From positions 1-64,000 of IMG/VR virus record IMGVR_UViG_3300050507_000132: 64,000 nt of DNA. One strand, given 5' to 3'. The notes below the pieces were generated by a model. It saw nothing but the letters and a program-made list of their open reading frames with translations. It had not been told where the DNA came from and did no database searches. Source of the stretch: a virus. Taxonomy: Duplodnaviria > Caudoviricetes. The translations under genes and the position numbers were made by a program. How positions within the stretch are numbered: position 1 is the stretch's first letter; every line of letters begins with the position of its first letter. This document shows, piece by piece, positions 55,728 to 64,000 of the stretch.

Positions 55728-58580
55728 TCACGTACCGAACAGGCCGGTATCGAACATGCCCTGGGTGGGGTGATCGAAGATGAACACGGTCGACGCGTTG
55801 TCCGCCACGATGGGGTCGAATACGCCCTGATCGAATCCGGCCCCCCGGACGTCGAACCTGAAGGGGTTGGCCTGGGTGTCGAGGTTCTTCTCACACCCCA
55901 GGACCACGGAATGGACCGGCGGACGGCCGGTCATGTTCCGGCGGGTGATTGTGTGCGTCACACGTTCGACGAAGAAATCGTCGTCCAGGCCCATCTCCCC
56001 GTTGACGATGTGGATGCGGTCACTGACCGTCCGCTGGAGAACCTGTACGAAGTGCGCCGGGTCGGAGGTGACGATGCGGAGCTGTACGGTCGGACGGCGC
56101 TGCGCGTAGTGCAGCAGGATCATGTTCGCGATGGCTCCGGCATCGTTGACGTTGGCCCACGGTGCCGGATCGGGGTAGGTGCGTTCCCCGTGCGAGGCGA
56201 TGGAACCGGCGTCGACCCGGGTCACCTTGACCGTGCGGAGAGCAGGCACGGCCTGCGCCCGCAGTTGAAGACCCGAGACGGTCACGGAGCCTCCGATGGC
56301 GAGCAGGGTGATCTTCACGCTCGCGCCGGACGTCCTGTCGAGGGCGGCCGAGACGACCCCCGCACCGGACGTGATGAAGTCCGTTCCCGACACGGGAACG
56401 ATTGCGTTGACGAATGGATCCGATCCACTGACATTGATGTCCAGGGACTCGCCAATGGCGAGGGTGTAGGTGTCCTGGCTCTGCCAGACGGCCGTCACGT
56501 CCGAGTCGACGGCGCGCTCGGTCACATCGAAGCTGACGGAGTTGATGATGTCCCGCCACCCGTGGCTGTAGGTGAAGGGCTTGGTGAAGTTGAAGCCGGT
56601 CACCGCCGGGGAGACGGCACAGTCTCCAAGGGCGGATGCGGTGTAGGTCGCCTGACTGCTGATGGACTGTCCCCGCAGCAGCCGGTGATGCCGGTCGCGG
56701 AAGACGAACGTACCGTCCGGCGCCACGTAGGCGACCGAGGGGGGCCCCTCGCTTTTGACGATCTCCTGCACGGCGGACAGAGCGTCCGTCCCTTCGGCCC
56801 ACCAGAATTTGACCACGGTCGCGCCGTCGTCGATGTCCCGGTTGCCGGTCCATCCGATCAGGTCGAGGATCGTATTGACGACGTCCCCGGTCCGCAGGGA
56901 CTGATACACGGCCGTGGACAGCTTGACCCCCTGAAGCAGGCTCAGCCCGTCCAGGAAGGTGAAGTCCACGGTCCGGTCGCCCCGGTCGGCCTTGATGTTG
57001 TAGTCGTCCACCCTGCCCCGGAAGAGCTGGTAGACGTTACCGCCCCAGGTGACCTGTCCTCCGGCGGGCCGGGCCGGGTCGAGAGTGCCGTAGAGGGGAC
57101 CCGAGGTGTTCTCTGGGCTGTACCTGCGGGACGAGTTGTTCAGGGCGAATCCGGCCGACCCGACGGCCGCCGGGGAGAGCTGCCGGTCCTGGTCCCGGCC
57201 GTAGGTGATCGTCGTCTCGCTGATGATGTCATCGGTGACGTCGTCGCCGGGTCCGGGTACGAGAATCGCTCCTGATGGCGCCGGGTCGATCAGCATCAGA
57301 CCGTAGCCGTACATTACGTACCCGGCGCCGGGGGTACCGCCGAGAGACATCACTACGTCGCCGTACGCGGCGGACGCCGGGGCGGTAAAGGTCTGATCGA
57401 ACAGGGTCCATTGCCCGGCCGGAATCGTGACGGCATTGGCGCTCGTGGAGAGATAGGCGTGCGCGCCGTCGAACCAGTTGATATTGAGCTCGGAGGTGGT
57501 CGGTACGGCGGACGGCACATACAGCCATCCGTACGCCCGGTAGGACTGTCCGGCGACGACGGGACGCTGGTTCGACTCGATGCGCGGCGAGGCTCCGGCC
57601 GTGGAAGTGAGCTGGAGCACGGGTGTCTCGGAGGAGATGATCCCCAGCACCCGTGCCATGGACGCACTGGTGGCGGTCCAGTCACTCAGGTCGGTACGGA
57701 CGTAAGGGTTCAAGTTGAGCACCAGGCCGTTCAGCGACACCCCCTGTCCGCCCCAGTCGATTGCGAACCGGTAATCCGGTGTGCTGCCACACAGGTCCCA
57801 ACTGCCGTTGCTGGCCTGGACGGTGGCGTTGTAGGCCGTTCCGGTGACGGTCGCTTGTGTCGGAGAAGCAAACGTGGACCCGGCGACGGCCGCAGGCTTG
57901 ATGGCAATGGAGACCATCAGGGAGCCGTACGTCGCGGCCCGGCTCGCGGTCGTGGTGCGCTGGGTCTGGAGTCCGGCGGTCAGGGCTGCGTTGCTGTCGT
58001 ACAGCGCGCAGGACAGTTCCTGAATGGAGTCCGAGTCGTCCACGCGTTCCGCGTCCGTGCCGACGGAGTTCGTGTACGTGGCGACGGGAGTGTCCGTGGA
58101 GCAGGCGCGATAGGTCAGCAGCCAGTCGTTGGCGACGGACGTGGTGATCTGTGGGTGGGCCTGCGCCTGCGTGGTCGCGGTCGTCGTGGTGAAGTCGAAC
58201 CGCTCGATCGGGCCGGAGGTGTCGCATCCCGAGTAGGCGACGACGAACGCGAGGACCGATGCATCCCCCGTCGGCCAGGCACTCGTGTCGAACGGCAGGG
58301 ACACACTCGATCCCAGAGAGCCGTTGTCGATCCGGTAAAGGATCTTCAGTCGGCACCGGGGGGTGTAGGGCGTGGAGATCGAGGTGCCATTGGTGATGTA
58401 CCCGAGCAGGGTCCAGCCGGATGGATCGGTGGTGACGTTGGAGTTCGCATCCGTCAGCACGAACATGATCAGCAAGTCGTTGGCGACGTGTCCGGCCGGG
58501 AGGCTCACGGACTGCGGGGAACCCGAGACGGTCACGTCCGCTTTGAGCCGGGTTCCGACGGCGCGCAGGGCGATGGCCAT
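55728..58580 (-). CDS. Large minor tail protein with carbohydrate-binding-like inserts
   Basis: Follows the tape measure gene; beta-rich; CBM-like segment; ITYGRD...AGFALNN...YSP. Confidence 0.7.
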   Translation of the reverse strand: MAIALRAVGTRLKADVTVSGSPQSVSLPAGHVANDLLIMFVLTDANSNVTTDPSGWTLLGYITNGTSISTPYTPRCRLKILYRIDNGSLGSSVSLPFDTSAWPTGDASVLAFVVAYSGCDTSGPIERFDFTTTTATTQAQAHPQITTSVANDWLLTYRACSTDTPVATYTNSVGTDAERVDDSDSIQELSCALYDSNAALTAGLQTQRTTTASRAATYGSLMVSIAIKPAAVAGSTFASPTQATVTGTAYNATVQASNGSWDLCGSTPDYRFAIDWGGQGVSLNGLVLNLNPYVRTDLSDWTATSASMARVLGIISSETPVLQLTSTAGASPRIESNQRPVVAGQSYRAYGWLYVPSAVPTTSELNINWFDGAHAYLSTSANAVTIPAGQWTLFDQTFTAPASAAYGDVVMSLGGTPGAGYVMYGYGLMLIDPAPSGAILVPGPGDDVTDDIISETTITYGRDQDRQLSPAAVGSAGFALNNSSRRYSPENTSGPLYGTLDPARPAGGQVTWGGNVYQLFRGRVDDYNIKADRGDRTVDFTFLDGLSLLQGVKLSTAVYQSLRTGDVVNTILDLIGWTGNRDIDDGATVVKFWWAEGTDALSAVQEIVKSEGPPSVAYVAPDGTFVFRDRHHRLLRGQSISSQATYTASALGDCAVSPAVTGFNFTKPFTYSHGWRDIINSVSFDVTERAVDSDVTAVWQSQDTYTLAIGESLDINVSGSDPFVNAIVPVSGTDFITSGAGVVSAALDRTSGASVKITLLAIGGSVTVSGLQLRAQAVPALRTVKVTRVDAGSIASHGERTYPDPAPWANVNDAGAIANMILLHYAQRRPTVQLRIVTSDPAHFVQVLQRTVSDRIHIVNGEMGLDDDFFVERVTHTITRRNMTGRPPVHSVVLGCEKNLDTQANPFRFDVRGAGFDQGVFDPIVADNASTVFIFDHPTQGMFDTGLFGT

Positions 58581-61500
58581 CAGATGTCACGCCCCTTCCG
58601 CTTCAGCTTGGTCAGGGAATCAACCAGCCAGTTCTCCAGTTCGGCCTGCGAGCCGATCACGGAGTGGTTCTCCAGGACCAGCTTTTCGATCACCAGTCCG
58701 CCCCCCAGTCCGGCGGTGCGCCGGGCGTTGAGGATGCGCCATCCTGCCGGACTGAAGCCGAGCTCCGGTCCCGCCTCGCCGAAGAGGTGCACGCCTCCGG
58801 CGGCCGATGTGGTGCCGTTGCGGTAACCGCCCTTGCGGCCGTAGGCCGACGTGAGAGATCCGTACCGGCCGAGAGCGTAGGCCATGGAGGCGTACACGTT
58901 GGCCAGCGGGTTCACGGACACTCCGTACAGAAACGGCCCCGTGTTGCGGTAGCGGCCCGCGTAAGAGCGGAACGTCGGACCGATCACTTGCATCAGGCCG
59001 ACCGAAGGATGTCCGGCCTTCCAGTTGCTGTCCCACCGGTTGACGATGTTGGGGTTGCCGCCGGACTCCTGGTTCATCCGGCGCAGGGTGAGGTCCGTCA
59101 GGGCAGCGGGCTGGCCGAACATCCGCAGGGCCATCTGCACGACCCCTGCCCAGCGCTGTACGCCCGAGCCCGGTGTGTTCCCCAGTCCGACCGCCCCGAG
59201 CATGTCCCCGACGTTGTCCTTGACCGCCTTCAGGAGCCCGTCCACGGCTATCCGGGGGAGCCGGGTAATCATCTGTACCCAGGGACTGTTTCCGAGCGCT
59301 GAGGCCCCCTTCAGGGATCCCAGAAGCAGGCTCTTGGCCTTGCCGAAGGGGTCGGTCAGGAAGTCGGCGGCACCCTTGATCGTTCCGAGGACCGACCCAC
59401 CCGCTTTCTTCAGGGCGCCGCCGATCGTTCCGAGGATGCCGCCGTCCTCCATCAGGTGGTATCCGGCCGCCTGCCACAGTGCGTTGGCGCGGCCCCGGTA
59501 CTTCGGGTCCGTCGGGATGACGAACTCCGGGTACATGGAGTTGCCCTCACCGACGATGGCCGTCGGTTTGTTGAACATGCCGACGGGCCGGTTGCCGATC
59601 GGACCTCCGGCCTCCAGCAACTTGATGTCCTTCAGGCCGTTCTTGATCCCGATCCATCCGGTGATCCTGCCCCAGATGTCCTGGATTCCCCGGTTCCAGA
59701 CATGGTCGATCACCCAGTTGACGGGGCCTTTCGTCTTGTTCTGGATACCGGCCCAGATGATTCCGATGCCGTCGCGCATGTCACGGAAGAACCCCGTCAC
59801 GCTGTTGCGCATGGTGCGCGCCCAGCCCGGGATGCTCTTGGTGAACAGGGTGTTGATCGGGTTGAAGACCCTGTCCCGCAGGAAGCCGTACGCGGCCATC
59901 AGGCCGTCGCGCAGCGCGTTGAACTGTCCGACAACGGCGCGCCACAGGTAGCGGGCCGCACCGGGAATCGACTGCGTGAAGATCCGGATCCACGGCGCGA
60001 TGATCCATTTGTAGATGAAGTCCCAGACGGCCTTGGCTCCGGTGGCCAGTGCGTTGAACGCCGCGACCGTGCCTCTCCACAGAAGTCGCGCCGCCGCAGG
60101 CATCCACACCGTGAAGAACTGTACCCACGGGAAGATGAACACCTTGTAGATGATGTTCCACGTGGCTTTGAAGAAGTTGACGAACGGCCCCGCGAACCAC
60201 TGTCCAACGACCACGGCTGCGTCGCGCACGGCCCCCAGTGCACCCTTGACGATGTTGCGGAACGTCTCGCTTTTCTTCCACAGCAGATAGAACGCCACAC
60301 CCAGTGCGACCAGGGCGAGAATGATGAGTCCGATAGGACTGGAGATCAGAGCGAAGGACAGCAGACGGAATGCCGTCGTCGTCAGAACAACAGCGAGACG
60401 GACTGCCACCAGCGCGTACCGGAAGGCCAGCATGACGCCACGGGCGATACGCATCGCAAGACTGAAAGCGGTCGTCGCGGCTGCGGCGATGTAACTCGCG
60501 GCGGCCGTCGCAATCAGGGCGATCCGGTGAACGATCAGCACCGCGCGAGATGTATAGACCACGCCCGTCGATGTGGTGACCGACGTGGTGAACAGCCAGG
60601 TGGCTGCCGACGCGGCAGATGTGTAAATCGCGTACAGCTTCATGGCCGTGTTGACCGCGAGGATCGCCGGAACCAGCAGCCGGAGCACGGGCGTGGGAAT
60701 CGCGTCGATCAGCTTGGTGAAGACCGTGACCAGGGTGAGTCCGACACCGGACATGGGTCCGGCGGCCGAAGCTATCTTGAGGAACGCGTCGGCGGCCACC
60801 TTGAGAAATTCGATCAGCTTGGGTCCGGCTTCCTGGGCGAGCTGAGTGAACGCACCGAAGCCCTTGCTGCCGGAGAGCGTCGCTCCCCAGGTGGCGAAAC
60901 GGGCCGTCATCTTCTCAAGGCCGCCGGTCACGCCGACGGACATGGGGAGGAAGGCGTTCAGCACTCCGCCGACACCCACGATGACGTTGCGCAGGATGCC
61001 CAGAAATCCTTTCAGCGCACCGCCCGAGAACTTCTGGACGTTGGCTCCGAACTGCCGGAAGACCGCACCCGCCTGTCCCTCACCAAGACTCGTGACGAAC
61101 TGATCGACCTGGTAGGCGACGTTACGGACGATCGGGGTCAGCTTGGGCAGCAGGCTGGTCAGGAACTGGATACCCCGGGTGAAGACCGGCATCGTGTTCC
61201 CGGCGAGCGAATCGGACCACTGCTGGGTCCGGGTCTTCAAAGTCTCCAGGGCCATCGCGGTCTGCCGGGTCGCCGGAGGCATGGCGGCCAGCTTCTCCTG
61301 GTACAGCGCCTGCGATTTCTGAGCTGCCCGGGTTGCCGTCTCGGACGCGTGCAACGCTCGGTTGTACTCCTCCGCCTTGGCACGGGCGTCGGCGGTCATG
61401 TCCTTGGTGATCTTTATTTCCTGGCCGTACTTGACCCCCATCTCCTTGGCGAGTCGTTGTGCATCCCGTTTGGCCAGGGTGGCTTTGGTCTCCGCCTCGG

Positions 61501-61768
61501 TAGCCGACTTGTTCTGGGTGGAGGCTTCTTTGATCGCGGAGAACTGCTGGCTGACGGCTACGCCGTACGCCGTGACGGCTGCCCCGGCGACCGAGGCAGC
61601 CGACGCAACGGACAGGATTGCGGTACTGGCTGCGGCGGCTGCCGGACCGATGGCCGTAGTGAGTGACGTTCCGGCGATGGCTCCGAAGGCCTTGAGACTC
61701 TTGAGCGCCGGAGACGTGTCGGAGTCGATCCGGACGAAGCCCGTCGCCACCAGGATTCCGCTAGGCAT
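58580..61768 (-). CDS. Tape measure protein with C-terminal lytic transglycosylase domain
   Basis: Ala-rich helical repeats; RRMNQESGGNP...SVGLMQVI...NVYASMAY. Confidence 0.88.
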   Translation of the reverse strand: MPSGILVATGFVRIDSDTSPALKSLKAFGAIAGTSLTTAIGPAAAAASTAILSVASAASVAGAAVTAYGVAVSQQFSAIKEASTQNKSATEAETKATLAKRDAQRLAKEMGVKYGQEIKITKDMTADARAKAEEYNRALHASETATRAAQKSQALYQEKLAAMPPATRQTAMALETLKTRTQQWSDSLAGNTMPVFTRGIQFLTSLLPKLTPIVRNVAYQVDQFVTSLGEGQAGAVFRQFGANVQKFSGGALKGFLGILRNVIVGVGGVLNAFLPMSVGVTGGLEKMTARFATWGATLSGSKGFGAFTQLAQEAGPKLIEFLKVAADAFLKIASAAGPMSGVGLTLVTVFTKLIDAIPTPVLRLLVPAILAVNTAMKLYAIYTSAASAATWLFTTSVTTSTGVVYTSRAVLIVHRIALIATAAASYIAAAATTAFSLAMRIARGVMLAFRYALVAVRLAVVLTTTAFRLLSFALISSPIGLIILALVALGVAFYLLWKKSETFRNIVKGALGAVRDAAVVVGQWFAGPFVNFFKATWNIIYKVFIFPWVQFFTVWMPAAARLLWRGTVAAFNALATGAKAVWDFIYKWIIAPWIRIFTQSIPGAARYLWRAVVGQFNALRDGLMAAYGFLRDRVFNPINTLFTKSIPGWARTMRNSVTGFFRDMRDGIGIIWAGIQNKTKGPVNWVIDHVWNRGIQDIWGRITGWIGIKNGLKDIKLLEAGGPIGNRPVGMFNKPTAIVGEGNSMYPEFVIPTDPKYRGRANALWQAAGYHLMEDGGILGTIGGALKKAGGSVLGTIKGAADFLTDPFGKAKSLLLGSLKGASALGNSPWVQMITRLPRIAVDGLLKAVKDNVGDMLGAVGLGNTPGSGVQRWAGVVQMALRMFGQPAALTDLTLRRMNQESGGNPNIVNRWDSNWKAGHPSVGLMQVIGPTFRSYAGRYRNTGPFLYGVSVNPLANVYASMAYALGRYGSLTSAYGRKGGYRNGTTSAAGGVHLFGEAGPELGFSPAGWRILNARRTAGLGGGLVIEKLVLENHSVIGSQAELENWLVDSLTKLKRKGRDI

Positions 61769-62443
61769 CGAGCATCACTCCCTGAGCGGCGAGCATCTGC
61801 TGGCTCTCCTGTTCGTCATCGGTCCACCAGGCCGGGACCTTCAGGCCGTCCTCGGTGACGCGGGGACCGGAGTGCTCGGGCCGTCGGCGGTCCAGCGGAG
61901 TCCACCACTCCGCGACCCCGTACTCCGTATTGACGCGCTGCTGTGCGGCTCCGGGCTGCTCGTTGTCACCCACGGGTTCCGCCTCCAGGCGCCTCGCGTA
62001 CAGGTAGTTCAGGAAGCTGTCTGCGGGGAGGCTGCGGAGATCGACACCCCGTCCGGCAGACTCACCGTCGAGATAGTGCCAGGTACCACGGGAGAGCCCC
62101 CAACCAAGGAGTTGGACGGCTCGATGGTAGGGCGCATGCCGTACTCCTCGAACAACCAGGTCACGACGTTGTCGAGTTGCTCCATGTCGATCGGGTTCTG
62201 CGGGTCACCCATCCGCTTGCGGAAGAGAGCCAGCGAGTCCGGATGGAGGACCATCTCGATGACCCGGCGCAGCGCCTCGACCATTTCCGCCGGGCTCATC
62301 TTGGCCGGGTCGGCGGTCGACATGGATTCGGCAAACTCGATCATCACGTTGGCCGGGATGGTCGCAACGGCGCTGAACACGTCGTCATCGATCCGGAACT
62401 GGAGAGGCTTGCGCTTTTTGGTGAAGTCCTTGATCTCAGGCAT
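61761..62443 (-). CDS. Tail assembly chaperone G/GT with predicted -1 frameshift
   Basis: G = 62443-62009; the -1 frame is open from about 62132 to 61761 and encodes W..LDG...GVDLRSLP.DSFLNYLY. Confidence 0.7.
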
Positions 62444-62481
62444 GGGCAAAGGATAGGTCCGGTTCGGGCCCGCACTCCTCG

Positions 62482-62853
62482 CTAACGGCGCGCAGCCACG
62501 GTACGCAGCGCCTTCGTCAGGAAGTCGTTCGGCTTGGTGCCCGGGTGGTGGACCACTTTGGCGAAGACGGTACTGCCCCGCATGGTGAACTTGAGCACCT
62601 GCCGGTACCGGGGACGGATGATGTGCGGCCTGGTCCCTTTGATGACGTACATGGTCGCCGGATGGGTCGACTCCACTCGGACGTGCGTCCCGACGATGAC
62701 CGCATTGACCTTCCGGCCCATGCGTCCGGGAGCGCCTCGCCGCGCTTCGCGCTGTACGGCTCGAGCCTTCTTGACCAGGAGATCCATGGCGGCACGTTCG
62801 ATCTGCTGCTGCGCACCGGGAGCCGGTATCCAACGGATCTTCGCGGCAGGCAT
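62482..62853 (-). CDS. Tail completion protein (HK97 gp10-like)
   Basis: YVIKGTRPHII...VHHPGTKPNDFLTKAL. Confidence 0.7.
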   Translation of the reverse strand: MPAAKIRWIPAPGAQQQIERAAMDLLVKKARAVQREARRGAPGRMGRKVNAVIVGTHVRVESTHPATMYVIKGTRPHIIRPRYRQVLKFTMRGSTVFAKVVHHPGTKPNDFLTKALRTVAARR

Positions 62854-62854
62854 C

Positions 62855-63367
62855 TCAGGTCGCCAGACCGATCCGGACCCGGAGCGTGAACCCGACGCAC
62901 GCCCCTTCGGGTCCGACGGACTCCGCCGGGGAAACAGTGAAGAAGTCGATCACATCTGCGCGGGCCAGCCCGCACAGGTACGCCTGAAGTCCGGCAAGCG
63001 CCTCGGTCATGTCCTGGAGCAGCAGTCCGGCCGCAGCGTCGAGGTCAGCCACGGCGGGGGCCAGGTTCTGTCCGTCCGGCTGAGGGGCGCACCGGATGAC
63101 GGACACCGTGTACTCGGCTACCTCGTACGGGGCCTGACACTGCGTGCTGATGGGTGCGTCGGCCTCCTCAGGGAAGACTTCGCTGCGATAGATGCGGGGA
63201 ACGGTGACCGCCAGCAGGCCGTCGCAGTTGCAGTCGTCCCAGGCGATATCCCCGGGGACCATGCCCGACCGGGCCACGGACGCCGTGAGGGACGCGCGTG
63301 TCTGGGTCACGAGCGCGGAGCCCATCTGGTACCAGCGGTCCGTGCCGGTGAGAGTGGGTGTCGTCAC
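62855..63367 (-). CDS. Tail terminator-like protein
   Basis: Position; PG.IAWDDC.C.G.L....RC motif. Confidence 0.6.
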   Translation of the reverse strand: MTTPTLTGTDRWYQMGSALVTQTRASLTASVARSGMVPGDIAWDDCNCDGLLAVTVPRIYRSEVFPEEADAPISTQCQAPYEVAEYTVSVIRCAPQPDGQNLAPAVADLDAAAGLLLQDMTEALAGLQAYLCGLARADVIDFFTVSPAESVGPEGACVGFTLRVRIGLAT

Positions 63368-64000
63368 GTTCCTGCCCTCCGGTGCGGAGGCCGGTCGACC
63401 GAGTAGACGCGTCCGCGCTGTTTGAGTCCGTCAGGGTTCTCCGACGCCAGGAAGAGGTCGACGAGATACAGGCCGGTCCGGCCGTCCTTGAGGAGCTGTC
63501 CGACGTCCGGGTACTGAATCGTCACTCCTTGACGGACGAGTTGGGTCACGCCCGGAGGCAGTCGGCAGTCCTGCCCCTGCCCTGCTTTGATGATCTCGCA
63601 GGCCATCTCCCCCATCGCCAGTGCCGCACCCTGGGGAACGTCCTCACCGATAACAGCGGTGACGGACCACGTACCGACTTCGGTGTCCGCCTTGGACATG
63701 TCCTGACAGAACGGCCAGCGCTGGCCGTCCGTGCGGACCAGGAGCCGGTTGTTGTCCATCCGGTAGCTGCCGGTGGGCATCGCCGCACCGTCCAGCTTGA
63801 CCGACACGATGGACGACACCGGACCGGGGATGACCGTCTCACTGAGCTCGGTGCAGGAGCAGCCGCCCGAGCAACTCGATCCTCCGCACCCCAGCGGACT
63901 CCAGAACCGGTAGTCGCTCCACACCCAGCGATCAAGGGTGGACGACCCGCCCCACTCGCTCCACCCCCAGGGCCAGGAGTCGTAGCAGTCCCGGCGGCAT
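63364..64000 (-). CDS. Head-tail connector protein (5' part outside the window)
   Basis: RLP..VTQLVRQGVTI...TGLYLVDLFL..NP motif; frame open to the window edge. Confidence 0.6.
   Translation of the reverse strand, partial: CRRDCYDSWPWGWSEWGGSSTLDRWVWSDYRFWSPLGCGGSSCSGGCSCTELSETVIPGPVSSIVSVKLDGAAMPTGSYRMDNNRLLVRTDGQRWPFCQDMSKADTEVGTWSVTAVIGEDVPQGAALAMGEMACEIIKAGQGQDCRLPPGVTQLVRQGVTIQYPDVGQLLKDGRTGLYLVDLFLASENPDGLKQRGRVYSVDRPPHRRAGT

Overview
This is a high-GC (roughly 70%) actinobacteriophage genome segment, most consistent with a Streptomyces siphovirus or phage-plasmid. No integrase, portal or capsid gene is visible in the window. Layout: (1) 1-17.1 kb, minus strand: intein-containing terminase large subunit, Rpf/NlpC-P60/LysM muralytic protein, terminase small subunit, P-loop kinase, GH43-like secreted protein, ParB-methyltransferase fusion, and a 1462-aa primase-helicase-PolA fusion. 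(2) 17.2-51.2 kb, mostly plus strand: SF2 helicase, Cas4/RecB-like exonuclease, SSB-like protein, RuvC, vWA, GH16, a Streptomyces-plasmid-type TraB/Spd module, a glycan-synthesis cluster, and an early region of small genes separated by structured RNA elements. (3) 51.2-64 kb, minus strand: tail, lysis and a GT4 gene. The main find is at 9974-11480. Four arrays of (GGC-NN) pentamers with variable NN are separated by a constant 52-nt tRNA-minihelix-like spacer and lie directly upstream of a 190-aa RAMP/Cas7-like gene and a coupled wHTH gene. This looks like a compact RNA-guided system with a non-contiguous guide code, resembling what I recall being called VIPR. Other highlights are an HNH gene nested out of frame inside the terminase intein, a type II hammerhead ribozyme, three tRNA-shaped RNAs with aberrant anticodon arms, a 14-bp palindromic operator repeated 10 times, and clt-like repeats after traB. 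All family assignments are motif recognition by eye; no database searches were run.
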